64,000 nucleotides of DNA, taken from positions 71,258-135,257 of the forward strand of contig JBLMWD010000126.1 of NCBI GenBank assembly GCA_050257045.1, in the 5' to 3' direction. The translations under genes were made by a program, and so were the position numbers. The notes below the pieces were generated by a model, which saw only the letters and a list, made by a program, of their open reading frames with translations, did not search any database and was not told the origin of the DNA. This document shows positions 10,316 through 21,400 of this stretch, piece by piece. Source of the stretch: Bacteroidota bacterium. GTDB taxonomy: Bacteria > Eisenbacteria > RBG-16-71-46 > SZUA-252. How positions within the stretch are numbered: position 1 is the first letter of the stretch; every line of letters begins with the position of its first letter.

Positions 10316-11089
10316 TCAGGCGGCGGACCAGCCTCCGTCCACCAGGACCTCCGATCCCGTCATGTACGACGCGGCGCCGCTCGCGAGGAAGACGATCACC
10401 TCCGCCACCTCCTCGGGCCTTCCCACGCGCCGCATCGGCGTCCGCCGCAGGATCCACTGGGCCATCTGGCTCTTCTCCCCCGTCTCGGTCGTCATGACCG
10501 GCGCGATCATCGGCGTGTCGATGAACGCCGGGTGCACCGAGTTCACGCGGATGCCGTCCCGCGCGTAGCGGATCGCGGCGTTCTTGGTCATGACCCGGAG
10601 GGCGCCCTTCGTGGCGTGGTAGGCGGCGGCGTAGCCGGTCCCGCCCATGATCCCGTAGATCGAGGAGACGTTCACGATCGACCCTCCCGGCCGGCGGCGG
10701 AGGAGCGGGAGCGCGGACTTCATGCCGAGCCAGGCGCCGGTGAGGTTGACCGCGAGGACGCGGTTCCATCCCTCGAGCGTCTCCTCCTCGAGGTCTCCGT
10801 CCCGCGCGATCGCCGCGTTGTTGACCAGCGTATCGAGCCCGCCCAGCTCGCGCTCGGCGCGACGCATCGCGGCAGCCCAGTCCTCTTCCCGCGAAACGTC
10901 GAGCCGCGCGTACACCGCGCGGGCGCCCGAGCCGCGGAGGCGCGCCGCGAGCGCCTCGCCTTCGGCGTCGAGGATGTCGGCCACGAGCACCGCCGCGCCC
11001 TCGCGCACCGCCACGGCGCCGGTCGAAGCGCCGATCCCGCGGGCGCCGCCCGTGACGAGCATCGCGCGCCCTTCCAGCCGCCCGCTCAC
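10316..11089 (-). CDS. SDR family oxidoreductase
   Basis: TGGARGIG, NNAA, YHATK, VDGG; GTG overlaps cydB stop. Confidence 0.92.
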   Translation of the reverse strand: MSGRLEGRAMLVTGGARGIGASTGAVAVREGAAVLVADILDAEGEALAARLRGSGARAVYARLDVSREEDWAAAMRRAERELGGLDTLVNNAAIARDGDLEEETLEGWNRVLAVNLTGAWLGMKSALPLLRRRPGGSIVNVSSIYGIMGGTGYAAAYHATKGALRVMTKNAAIRYARDGIRVNSVHPAFIDTPMIAPVMTTETGEKSQMAQWILRRTPMRRVGRPEEVAEVIVFLASGAASYMTGSEVLVDGGWSAA

Positions 11090-12156
11090 AAAGCCTCCGA
11101 CTCCGCTCCGTGCCCGTAGCCTTCGCCGCGCCCGGTCGCGACCCGGCCGGCGAAGTGGCGGTAGATGAAGACGTGATAGCCGATGGCGAGGATCATGCCG
11201 ATCGTCCACCAGACCGCGCCGATCCGAAGTCCCATGTCGGCCGTCGCCGCATTGTGAACCGTGAGCCCACGCTCGACGCCGGTGCTCGCAGGAAGGACGT
11301 ACGGGTAGAGGCCGAACGCCGCGCTCCCGAGCATGCCCGCCAGGTAGGCCACCGAGGCGAGGAAGGCGCGCCCGTCGGCATGGCGCGAGTGGAACCACGG
11401 CACGCCGATCAGGCCGAGGAGGGCGAGCGCCGGGACGAGCATCCCGAGCGGCCACCGCGCGAGGTTGGCGGGCACCTGCGGCTGGAGCCGCATCGTGAAG
11501 AAGGTGATGAGCGCGGTGAGCGCGAGCACGGCCCACCAGACCCGCGCGGCGACGTGCCGGGCGCGCGCGGCGATCGGGTCGTGCGTCTTCATCGCGACCC
11601 AGAGCGCCCCGTGCATCGTGAGCGCCGCGAGCGAGGCGAGACCGACCAGCACCGTGTACCAGTCGAGGATCCCCGACTCCGGCCCGGGCCGGAAGTGGGT
11701 CCAGAGCGGCTCGAAAAAGCGCCCGTCGGCGTCCATCGGAACGCCGCGCACGACGTTCCCGAGCGCGGCGCCGAAAACCACGGCGAGGAGGACGCTGGAG
11801 GCGGCGAAGAGCGCGTCCCAGAGCGGCGTCCACGCCGGGCTTTCGATGTGGTTTCGGAACTCGATCGAGAGGCCGCGCAGGATGAGGAGCCAGAGGACGA
11901 TCATGAGCGGGAGATAGAACCCGCTGAACGCGGTCGCATAGAGCGCGGGGAAGGCGAAGTAGAGGGTGCCGCCCGCGGCGAGAAGCCAGACCTCGTTCCC
12001 GTCCCAGACCGGGCCGATCGTGCTCAAGACCGTCCGGCGTTCGGCCGGCGTCTTCGCGACGAAGAAGTGGACCGCGCCTGCGCCGAGGTCGAAGCCGTCG
12101 AGGATCACGTAGCCGACGAGCATCCCGGCGACGAGCCAGAACCAGAGGGTCGACAC
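11086..12156 (-). CDS. cydB: Cytochrome bd oxidase subunit II
   Basis: ILDGFDLGAG, IGPVWDGNEVWL. Confidence 0.95.
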   Translation of the reverse strand: MSTLWFWLVAGMLVGYVILDGFDLGAGAVHFFVAKTPAERRTVLSTIGPVWDGNEVWLLAAGGTLYFAFPALYATAFSGFYLPLMIVLWLLILRGLSIEFRNHIESPAWTPLWDALFAASSVLLAVVFGAALGNVVRGVPMDADGRFFEPLWTHFRPGPESGILDWYTVLVGLASLAALTMHGALWVAMKTHDPIAARARHVAARVWWAVLALTALITFFTMRLQPQVPANLARWPLGMLVPALALLGLIGVPWFHSRHADGRAFLASVAYLAGMLGSAAFGLYPYVLPASTGVERGLTVHNAATADMGLRIGAVWWTIGMILAIGYHVFIYRHFAGRVATGRGEGYGHGAESEAL

Positions 12157-12160
12157 GGCG

Positions 12161-13519
12161 CTATCCCCGCACCGGCGCGGGCGGGACCGCCGGGGCGGGA
12201 CGCCCCTCGGGTCCGTGGTCGACCTCGCGCCGCACCAGGAAGAGGAAGAGGATCGCGAGCACCGTGTACATCCCCATGAACCCGATCAGCGTGAAGAGCC
12301 CGTTCCCCGACGACACGTTCTGCGAGTACCCCTGGGCCGTGCGGTAGAGCCCGTACGCGAGCCACGGCTGGCGCCCGACCTCGGCCGTGATCCACCCCGC
12401 CGTGTTCGCGATGTAGGGGAACGGGACCGCGAGCATCAGGATCCAGAGCATCCAGCGCGTCCGGTAGAGCGCGCCGCGCGCCCAGAGGAGGGCCGCGCCG
12501 CAGAGGATCGCGATGAAGAAGGTCCCGAGCCCCACCATGATCCGATACGAATAGTAGAGGAGGGGGATGTTGTCGGGCCACTCGTCGCGCGGGAAGTCGT
12601 TGAGCCCGCGGATCTCGTGCAGCCAGCGCCGGTAGGTGAGGAAGGAGAGAAGGCGCGGGACGACGATCGGATTGTCGAGCGTCTGCCGCTCCAGGTCGGG
12701 CTGCCCGACGATCGCGAGCGGCGCGCCGCGCTCCGTGTTGAAGAGCCCCTCCATGGCGGCGAGCGTGACCGGCTGGTGGCGCGCGACCATCTGCCCCTGC
12801 ATGTCCCCCGTCGGGAAGAGCTGGATGAGGGAGGCGACCGCACCGACGAGGACGCCCACGCGGAGGAAGAGACGCCCGTGCTCCTCGTGCCTCCCGGCGA
12901 GGACGTAGTAGGCGCCGACGCCCGCCATCACGAAGCAGGCGGTGAGCACCGCGCCGTTCATGTTGTGCCAGTACTGCCAGAGCCCCCACGGGTTGAGCAG
13001 GAAGGTCCAGAAGCTCCGGAGCGCCACGGCTCCCCCGGGGAGCACCTCGTGGCCGACCGGGTGCTGCATCCACGCGTCGGTCGCGATGATGAAGAAGCCG
13101 GAGAGCCACGAGCCGAGGAAGACCAGGAACGCGGCGAGCCAGTGCCCCGCCTGTCCGAGCCGCTTCTCGCCGAAGAGGAAGAGCCCGAGGAAGGAGGACT
13201 CGAGGAAGAAGGAGAAGACTCCCTCCATCGCGAGGGATTGCCCGATCACGCCGCCCGCCGCCTTCGAGAACTCCGCCCAGTTCGTGCCGAACTGGAACTC
13301 CATCGGGATGCCGGTCACGACGCCGACGGCGAAGTTGATGGCGAAGATCCGCGCCCAGAATCGCGCCGCGTCGTTGTAGCGGGCATCGCCGGTCCGGAGA
13401 TACCACGTCTTCAGGATCACGATGAGGAGCGCCAACCCCATCGTGAGCTGCGGGAAGAGGTAGTGGAAGGTAACGGTGAAGGCGAAGTGCAGCCGGTGGA
13501 CGACGAGGGCTTCGTCCAT
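12161..13519 (-). CDS. cydA: Cytochrome bd oxidase subunit I
   Basis: FHYLFP, EFQFGTNW, WMQHP, QPVTLAAMEG, GWITAEVGRQPW. Confidence 0.95.
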   Translation of the reverse strand: MDEALVVHRLHFAFTVTFHYLFPQLTMGLALLIVILKTWYLRTGDARYNDAARFWARIFAINFAVGVVTGIPMEFQFGTNWAEFSKAAGGVIGQSLAMEGVFSFFLESSFLGLFLFGEKRLGQAGHWLAAFLVFLGSWLSGFFIIATDAWMQHPVGHEVLPGGAVALRSFWTFLLNPWGLWQYWHNMNGAVLTACFVMAGVGAYYVLAGRHEEHGRLFLRVGVLVGAVASLIQLFPTGDMQGQMVARHQPVTLAAMEGLFNTERGAPLAIVGQPDLERQTLDNPIVVPRLLSFLTYRRWLHEIRGLNDFPRDEWPDNIPLLYYSYRIMVGLGTFFIAILCGAALLWARGALYRTRWMLWILMLAVPFPYIANTAGWITAEVGRQPWLAYGLYRTAQGYSQNVSSGNGLFTLIGFMGMYTVLAILFLFLVRREVDHGPEGRPAPAVPPAPVRG

Positions 13520-13588
13520 CAGCGGCGCCTCAGGCGGTCGGCCCCGGCCGGGCGGCCGTCACGCCGCGGGGGCAGCTCGGGACGACCC

Positions 13589-15310
13589 TCACGCCGCGGG
13601 TACCTCGTGCTCCGCGGAGCGGTAGCGCACGTAGCGGGGCTCCCAGACGAGGCCCAGTACCCGATGGACGATCGCGTCGTCCGGCATGGAGGGCGCCGCG
13701 CCCTCGCGCACGAGGACGCGCGCCACGGCGAGCGCCACGGAAAGCGAGACCTCGCGGAGCCGGGTGAGCGCCGGGTAGATCGGCCCGTTCGAAGGGGCCG
13801 CAGCGGCAAGCGCGTCGCTCGCCGCGCTGAAGACCGAGTCGGGGAGCCAGCGGGCTTCGACGGCGACGGCGCCGAGCCCCACGCCCGGGAAGATGAAGAC
13901 GTTGTTCCCCTGCCCGATCTCGTGGACGCGCCCCTTCCAGGTGACCGGCGGGAAGGGGCTCCCCGTCCCCACGATTGCCGCGCCGTCGGTCCACGCCAGG
14001 AGGTCGGCGGGCGTCGCTTCGGCCTTGCTGGTCGGATTGGAGATGGGAAGGACGATGGGACGCGCGCAGCCGGCGAGCAGGTGGCGGACCACCGGTTCCG
14101 AGAAGGCGCCCGGCTGCCCCGAGGCGCCGACGAGGGTGCCGGGATGAAAGCGCCGGACCACCTCTTCGAGCTGAATGCGGCCCGAGGCGTCCGCGGTCCA
14201 TCCGCGCGCGAGCGCCGGGTCCGCGGCGAGCTCGCGCTTCTCGCCGTCGAGGCCCGGCCGATCGGCGAGGATGAGCCCGCGCGAATCGAGGCAGAGGACG
14301 CGGCGCCCGAGCTCCTCGGACGGCACGCCGTCGGCCGCCATCGCGGCGCGCAGCGCGAGCGCGCATCCCGCGCCCGAGGCGCCGGTGCCGTGAAAGACGA
14401 CCCGCTCGTCGGCGAGGCGGCGGCCGGCGCGCGAGAGGCCCGATCGGATCCCGGCCACGATGACGGCGCCGGTCCCCTGCACGTCGTCGTCGAAGGAGGG
14501 AACCTGCTTCCGGTAGCGGTTCATCACGTCGAAGGCGTTCCGGCTCGCGAAGTCCTCCCACTGGACGAGCGCACGCGGGAACTCGGCGCGCACCGCGGAG
14601 ACGAACTCGTCGAGGAGCGACACGTACGCCTCCCCCCGGAGCCGCGGATGGCGCACGCCGAGGTAGAGCGGGTCGTCGAGGAGCTTCCGGTTGTCGGTGC
14701 CCACGTCGAGGCTCACCGGGAGGACGTGCCTCGGATGGAATCCCGCGCCGAGGCAGTAGAGGATCGACTTTCCGATCGCGATCGGCATGCCGCCCGCGCC
14801 GAGGTCGCCGAGCCCGAGGATCGCCTCGTTGTCGGTGGCCACGATGATGCGAACGTCGCTCAGGCCGGCGCCGCGCAGGAGGTCCTGGACGCGGCCCCGG
14901 TCGCGCGTGCTCACGTAAAGGCCGTAGGGCCTCCGGTAGAGATGGCTGTAGAGCTCGCAGATCTTGCCGACCGTGGGGGTATAGACGATCGGGAGCATCT
15001 CCTCGACGTGGTCGAGGAGGAGTCGGTAGAAGAGAGTCTCGTTCCTGTCTTGAAGTCCCGCCAGGAAGAGGTAGCGCTGCACGTCGTCGGCCCCGCGCCG
15101 GAAGTTCTCGTAGCTGCGGGAGCGCTGCTCTTCCTCGGTCGCCACGCCCGGCGGGAGGAGCCCGTCCAGCCCCAGCTCGCGGCGTTCCTCGGCCGTGAAG
15201 CAGGTGCCCTTGTTGAGGAAGGGGTCCTCCAGCAGCTCCTGTCCGCGCTTTGCGACTTCCCAGTAGGTCTGCCCCGAATCGGGGTCGATCCGTTCTCGAT
15301 ATCCTGGCAC
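13589..15310 (-). CDS. maeA: NAD-dependent malic enzyme
   Basis: [51 protein letters not shown]. Confidence 0.9.
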   Translation of the reverse strand: MPGYRERIDPDSGQTYWEVAKRGQELLEDPFLNKGTCFTAEERRELGLDGLLPPGVATEEEQRSRSYENFRRGADDVQRYLFLAGLQDRNETLFYRLLLDHVEEMLPIVYTPTVGKICELYSHLYRRPYGLYVSTRDRGRVQDLLRGAGLSDVRIIVATDNEAILGLGDLGAGGMPIAIGKSILYCLGAGFHPRHVLPVSLDVGTDNRKLLDDPLYLGVRHPRLRGEAYVSLLDEFVSAVRAEFPRALVQWEDFASRNAFDVMNRYRKQVPSFDDDVQGTGAVIVAGIRSGLSRAGRRLADERVVFHGTGASGAGCALALRAAMAADGVPSEELGRRVLCLDSRGLILADRPGLDGEKRELAADPALARGWTADASGRIQLEEVVRRFHPGTLVGASGQPGAFSEPVVRHLLAGCARPIVLPISNPTSKAEATPADLLAWTDGAAIVGTGSPFPPVTWKGRVHEIGQGNNVFIFPGVGLGAVAVEARWLPDSVFSAASDALAAAAPSNGPIYPALTRLREVSLSVALAVARVLVREGAAPSMPDDAIVHRVLGLVWEPRYVRYRSAEHEVPAA

Positions 15311-15383
15311 GGCGGGACAGTATACGACCCGGTGCGCCCGGCGACCAGCCGCGCGACCCGGTCCTCTGGTACCAGTCGAAAGC

Positions 15384-15854
15384 CTACTTGATGGCTCCCT
15401 CCTTCCCGACGAGGCGGCGGAGGAGGCCGGTCTGCCCGATGTGGTAGGCCTCGTGGAAGTGGAGGAACGAGAGCCACTCCCCGACGCTCTGGTCCTGCGC
15501 GTGCGGCTTGGCGAGGTCCGCCTCGGACGCTTCGGCGAGAGCCGTCGCGATCCGCTCCTGCGACGCGTCGAATGCCTGGACGATCTCCCGGAAGGGAACG
15601 GCGGACCCATCGGACCCCGTGACCGGCGCGCTCCCCCGGGCATACCGCGCGGCCGGGTCGGCCGGCCAGTACGGCTCGGCGCCGAGCACCTTGAGGACCC
15701 CGTTCCGCGAGGCGACGATGTGCCCCACCACCCAGTTGAGGCAGTTCCCGGAGACCGGCTGAAGGAGCGCCTCCTCGTCGGTTACCCCGTCGAGGTTCCG
15801 ATGGAGCGCGTGGTGGTTCAAGTCGAAGAGGCGGGCGAGGTCGTGGGGCTTCAT
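15384..15854 (-). CDS. DinB family protein
   Basis: WVVGH...HEAYHIGQ metal triad. Confidence 0.85.
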   Translation of the reverse strand: MKPHDLARLFDLNHHALHRNLDGVTDEEALLQPVSGNCLNWVVGHIVASRNGVLKVLGAEPYWPADPAARYARGSAPVTGSDGSAVPFREIVQAFDASQERIATALAEASEADLAKPHAQDQSVGEWLSFLHFHEAYHIGQTGLLRRLVGKEGAIK

Positions 15855-15986
15855 CGTGAGTTCTCCTCAAGGCGTTTGGCGGAGGGTGGATCGGAGCGGG
15901 AAAGCGAAACGCATCGGCGTCTCCGCGCATCCATACGAAAGCGCATGATACGGGATCGCGCTCCCTCTGGTATTCTCCTTCGCCCC

Positions 15987-17828
15987 ATGATCGCCGTCGA
16001 ACGCCGCGCGGACCGCCGCGCCATCGCCATCGTGGCCCACGTGGACCACGGCAAGACCACCCTGGTGGACGCCCTCCTGAAGCAGTCGGGGACGTTCCGC
16101 GAAGGGCAGCACGTCGACGAGTGCGTCATGGACTCCGGCGACCTCGAGCGGGAGCGCGGGATCACGATCCTCGCGAAGAACACGGCCATCCGCTACCGGG
16201 ACGCCGTGATCAACATCGTCGACACCCCCGGCCACCGCGACTTCGGCTCGGAGGTGGAGCGGATCCTCTCCATGGTGGAGGGGGTCCTCCTCCTCGTCGA
16301 CGCCGCCGAGGGGCCGCTTCCCCAGACCCGGTTCGTGTTGAAGAAGGCCCTCGAGTCGGGAAAGCGGCCGATCGTCCTCATCAACAAGATCGACCGGGCC
16401 GACGCGCGTCCGCTCGAGGTCGAGGAGGAGATCCACGATCTCTTCCTCTCGCTCGCCACCCGCGACGAGCACCTCGATTTCCCGGTGCTCTACGGCTCGG
16501 GACGCCTCGGCTTCGCCTCCTCTTCGCCGGGAGCCACGTCCGGGGACCTCCGACCGCTCCTCGACGCCGTCATGCAGCACGTGCCGGCGCCGCCGATCGG
16601 GGCCACGCCCTTCAAGATGATCGTCGCGAACATCGACTACTCCGACTACTTCGGCCGGCTCGCCGTCGGCCGCATCCACTCGGGCACGATCACGCGCGCC
16701 GCCGAGCTGGCCGCGGTCCGGCCGGACGGCGCGGTGGCGCAGCGCGGCCGTGTCGGGAAGATCTATCTCTTCGAGGGAATCGAGCGGGTCGAGGTGGCCG
16801 AGGCGCGCGCCGGCGACATCGTGGTCCTGTCGGGCTTTCCCACGATCGAGATCGGGCAGACGATCGCCGACCCCGAGGACCCGTCGCCCCTCCCCGCGAT
16901 CCGCGTCGACGAGCCGACCCTCTCGATGGAATTCCGGGTGAACGACTCCCCCTTCTCGGGACGCTCGGGGCGCTACCTCACCAGCCGGCATCTCCTCGAA
17001 CGCCTCGAGCGCGAGCTGGAGCGGAACGTCGGACTCCGGATGGAGCGCTCGGGCGATCCCGACTCCTTCCTCGTCCTCGGCCGGGGCGAGCTCTCGCTCG
17101 CGATCCTCGCCGAGACGATGCGGCGCGAGGGGTTCGAGTTCGCCCTCGGACGGCCGCAGGTGATCTTCCGCACCGCCGACGACGGCTCCACCCTGGAGCC
17201 GTACGAGGAGCTGATCATCGACTGCGCCGAGGAGTTCACGGGCGCGGTGATCGCGGCCCTCGGCGAGCGGCGCGGCGAGCTGCAGCACCTCGGCCGCCAC
17301 GGCGACCGCTCGCGAATGGAGTTCACGATCCCCTCGCGCGGCCTCCTCGGCTTCCGCACCGAGTTCCTCACGCTCACGAAGGGGACCGGGCTCCTGAACC
17401 ACCTCTTTGACAAGTACGGCCCGCACCGGGGGCCGCTCCCCAACCGGAAGCGCGGCGCGATGGTGGCGAAGGAGGGAGGCGACGTGACCGCCTACGCCCT
17501 CGATCAGCTCGGCGACCGGGGCACCTTCTTCGTGAAGCCGACGGAGCCGGTCTACCCGGGCCAGGTGGTGGGCGAGCAGGTGAAGGACGGCGACCTCGTC
17601 GTGCAGGCCTGCCGGCGGAAGCACCTGACGAACATGCGCGCCTCGACGGCCGACCAGGGGATCCGCTTGACGCCGCCACGGGGCCTCAACATCGAGCAGG
17701 CGATCGAGTGGATCAACGACGACGAGCTGGTGGAGGTGACGCCGGCGGCGATCCGGGTGCGGAAGCGGCTGCTCGATCACCACAAGCGGAAGTCGGCGGC
17801 GGCGGACTCGAGGGAAGCCGCGGAATAA
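15987..17828 (+). CDS. typA: Translational GTPase TypA/BipA
   Basis: [44 protein letters not shown]. Confidence 0.96.
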   Translation: MIAVERRADRRAIAIVAHVDHGKTTLVDALLKQSGTFREGQHVDECVMDSGDLERERGITILAKNTAIRYRDAVINIVDTPGHRDFGSEVERILSMVEGVLLLVDAAEGPLPQTRFVLKKALESGKRPIVLINKIDRADARPLEVEEEIHDLFLSLATRDEHLDFPVLYGSGRLGFASSSPGATSGDLRPLLDAVMQHVPAPPIGATPFKMIVANIDYSDYFGRLAVGRIHSGTITRAAELAAVRPDGAVAQRGRVGKIYLFEGIERVEVAEARAGDIVVLSGFPTIEIGQTIADPEDPSPLPAIRVDEPTLSMEFRVNDSPFSGRSGRYLTSRHLLERLERELERNVGLRMERSGDPDSFLVLGRGELSLAILAETMRREGFEFALGRPQVIFRTADDGSTLEPYEELIIDCAEEFTGAVIAALGERRGELQHLGRHGDRSRMEFTIPSRGLLGFRTEFLTLTKGTGLLNHLFDKYGPHRGPLPNRKRGAMVAKEGGDVTAYALDQLGDRGTFFVKPTEPVYPGQVVGEQVKDGDLVVQACRRKHLTNMRASTADQGIRLTPPRGLNIEQAIEWINDDELVEVTPAAIRVRKRLLDHHKRKSAAADSREAAE

Positions 17829-17838
17829 CGGGCGCCGC

Positions 17839-18420
17839 CTACGCCGTGCGCAGCCTCCGGGCGATCCGCCGCGCGATGCGATAGACGAGCAGCACCACCC
17901 CCACCGCCGCGATCGTGAGCACGATCGCGATCCCGATCGCGAGCGCCGGGTGCGCCGCGGCGAGCCAGGTGAGGCCGACCGCGATCGCGTCCTCCCCCAG
18001 GCTCACGCCCCACGTGCTGAACGGCTCGGGGCTGGTGTTCACCGCCACCCGCGCGCTCGCCTTCCCGCCGTGGGAGGCCAGCGCCACCGCGCCGGCGAGG
18101 AGCGCCGCCCCGATCCGCCACGGCTCCCCGATCCCGGCCACCGCCGCGAAGGCGAGGATCGCCGCTGCGGGCGGACGGATGAAGGTGTGGACCGCGTCCC
18201 AGACGTGGTCCACCGCCGGGATCTTGTCGGCGAAGAACTCCACGACGTAGAGGAGGATCGCGAGCCCGATGACAACAGGGTGGGCGAGCGGGCGGAGCGA
18301 ATCGGGGAGCGTGACCGCCCCGAAGCGGTGGAGCAGCCCGAGCGTCGCCACCGTGGCGTAGAGGTTCAGTCCCGCGGCGAACCCGGTGCCGAGCACGAGG
18401 CCGAGCAGCGTCGTGTTCAT
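17839..18420 (-). CDS. DUF4126 membrane protein
   Basis: AGLNLYAT, EFFADKIPAVDHVWD, NTSPEPFS. Confidence 0.88.
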   Translation of the reverse strand: MNTTLLGLVLGTGFAAGLNLYATVATLGLLHRFGAVTLPDSLRPLAHPVVIGLAILLYVVEFFADKIPAVDHVWDAVHTFIRPPAAAILAFAAVAGIGEPWRIGAALLAGAVALASHGGKASARVAVNTSPEPFSTWGVSLGEDAIAVGLTWLAAAHPALAIGIAIVLTIAAVGVVLLVYRIARRIARRLRTA

Positions 18421-18454
18421 GTCTCCAGTGTAGCGCGGGCCGGCGTGACCTCCT

Positions 18455-21400
18455 TCATTTCAAAACGGTGAGCCGCCCCGACCGCGTGCCTTCGGCGGCG
18501 TCGATCCGGAAGAAATAGAGTCCCGAGGCGAGCGGGCGCCCGCCGTCGTCCATGCCGTCGATCGGCACGTCGTGATAGCCGGCCGCGACCGTCTTCGCCT
18601 CGAACAGCCGGCGCACGAGCCGGCCGCGCACGTCGAAGAGGGCGATCCGGGCCCACCCGGCTCGGGTCGTCGTGAACGTCAGAACGCCGCGCGGGTTGAT
18701 CGGATTCGGCACCAGCAGAACGGCGAGCGGCTCGTGGCTCGCCTCGATCGTCAGTGTGACCGGAGCGGCGACCGCCGTGTTCTTCCCGGCGACCCCGGTG
18801 AGGAAGGCGCTGACGTTCGTGCGGCCCTGGGGCAACCCACCAAAGAGCGCGCGCAGGTCCGATTTGCGGAACGCGAGCGAGAGCTCCGGAATGCCGTTCC
18901 CGTCCCGATCGCCGCCGATGCTCGCGTCCGTGTCGATGGCGAGGATCGAACTCACAGATCCCGTGCCGTGGCTCTCCAGCGCGAACGAGGTGCTCTGCAG
19001 ATCAGGGAGGGAGACGACTCCGCTCACGATCTCGAGGCAGATCTCCACCTTGGGAGCCGGCGAGGCGAGCCGGATCAGGCCGCCGCCCGAGGGGACGAAC
19101 GCCCGAACCTGGATCGGCGCGGCAATGCTCGCCGTGGTGGTGTCCCGGTCATCGAGCGCGCGGTCCATCGCGAGGAGGACGACCGTATAGAGGCCCGGCG
19201 CGGCGTAGGTGTGGAGGACGTGCCCGCCGTCCGCGGTCGTTCCGTCGCCGAACGTCCACGTGGTCATGACGGGATCGCCGTCGGGATCGCTCGAAGCCGA
19301 GCCGTCGAACTCGAGCGCCGTGCCCGCGACACCGCGGTACGGCCCGCCGCTCCGTGCGACCGGCGCGCGGTTCACGTCGCGGATCGTGAAGACGATCGTG
19401 GTCGAATCCCATGCGCCGAACGTGTCGGTGGCGATGATATGAGCCAGGTGGGTGCCGGCCTGGTCGTAGCCGATCTTCCAGCTGAATGCCCCTTCGCCGG
19501 TGAGTGTGGCCCCCGTCGGCAGCTCCGTCGCCGTGTAGGCGAGCCGGTCGCGCTCGTTGTCATAGCCGTTGATGGAGAAGGCGATGTCGTCCCCTTCATT
19601 GAACGTGTAGGTGCGCGCCTGGTAATCGAGGACCGGCGGCGTGTTCGCGATCGGGGTTGCCGACCGGATGGCGTCCATGGAGGTCCGGAGGTCCGTGACC
19701 AACGCGAGCCGATCGTTCCCGGCATTGGCGACGAGCGCGGCGACGATCGTCTGGCTGTCGCCGGGGGCCATGGTGAACGGGCCGGTCGAGAGAACGAACA
19801 CCCGCGAAGAGGTGGAGAGCGTGTCGAGCCACCCGGTGTGGGCCACCGGATCACCGGTCACCTCGAAGCGCGCCGGCTGTCCCGCCGGGTCCAACAGCGG
19901 CGTGCCGTTCTCCTGGAGCCCCTGCATCACCTCGTAGAGGCCCGCCGCGGTCGCGGGCTGCGCGGTCAGGCGGCGCACTGACGCAAGACCCAGCGGAATC
20001 GAATCCGGGGCGCCAGGATGCTGGACCGCACCGTGCAGCAGCGAGACGCCGAGGGCTACGTCCGGCGACGGGAATGGGGCGTTCATCGATCCGTAGGCGT
20101 AGGCCATGGCGCGGCTGGAGTCGCACCCGACCCGATCGTTGAACGGGAAGGTCACCACGGAATCGATCCCGTTCCAGGTGCCCCTTCCGGCATAGGGATC
20201 GACCCAGATCGAGGCGTACGCGTTCGTGAGCGTGTGCGGACCCGCGTTACGGATGAGGTACTTGACGAAGACGGTGTTCGCCAGGGGCCCGACGTGGGAA
20301 TAGGCCCACGTGGTCTGCCGGACCTCGACGCCCAGCGGCGCGGTCCGTCCATTGGGGGCCCGGTGGGCCGTGGGATCGGCGTCGTTGTAGACGCTCCAGG
20401 CCATTTCGTCCCCGGCGAGCGCCGGCTGGCCCGCTTCGGTCGGGGCTCCTTGCGTGATGGGCCACTCGCGCCAATCGATGGCGTCGATTCCCCCGCGTAC
20501 GAGCTTGTAGTTCTTGTAGCGTGGGTCGAATGGCTGCGCTTGTCCCGCCGGTGCGGGACCGGGGACAAACTCCGGTGTGCGTCCACCGACCGCCACGCGC
20601 GGCTGTCCATCGACGAGCGCGCCGATCCAGAGTCCCGCACTCGACGCCGCGGGCTCCCCAACGCCGAGGAAGTTCGTCGTCAGCCCGGCCGTGCTGTCCC
20701 GCAGGTCGTAGCCGAACGCGCCACGATTCGACGTGATCAGGAGGACATTATTGGCGCCAAGCGGGGCGGAGACGGCGTTCCGCGGCTGGACCGTGATGTC
20801 GCAGAACGCGGAGGCGGTGTCGCCGGCGGTGTTCCGCCCGCGGAAATAGACGCGGGTGGTGCCGACCTGGTCGAAGCCGGGCCGCCAGCTGAAATCGGCT
20901 GTGTTCGGCTGGTACGTGCTGGGCCGGAACACGCCGCCGGATGGCACGTCGCACGTGAGGGCGACGGTGCGTCCGGAGGAGTCGGCGGCGCTGACGGTCA
21001 TCGAGACGTCGTCGCCCACTCCGACGAGCCGGCGGGCCGGCGCGTAGACGCTGACCGGCAGGCTGCGCACTTTGTAACGGACCTCACCCGTGATCGGCGC
21101 CGGCGAGCCGTTCACGTACGCCTGGAACGTGATCCGCAACGATTGCACGAATCCGTAACGGACGACGAGCTCCTTCACGTCGAACCGTCCGCTCACCGAT
21201 GCGGCGCGCGCGCAGCCGACCGTGATGTCGAGGCCCGGATGGGACCCGTCGGCGTCTCGGGTCGCACCGGTGTAGGAGCCGACCCGGAGCGAGTCGCCCG
21301 TCGGGGGCGAGAAGAGGACCGTGCCGCCATGCATGGTGGCGCAGTTAGACCGCTGGTCCCGGCGTGAGAGGAGCTCGATATCCTGCGGCGGCTCACCTCC

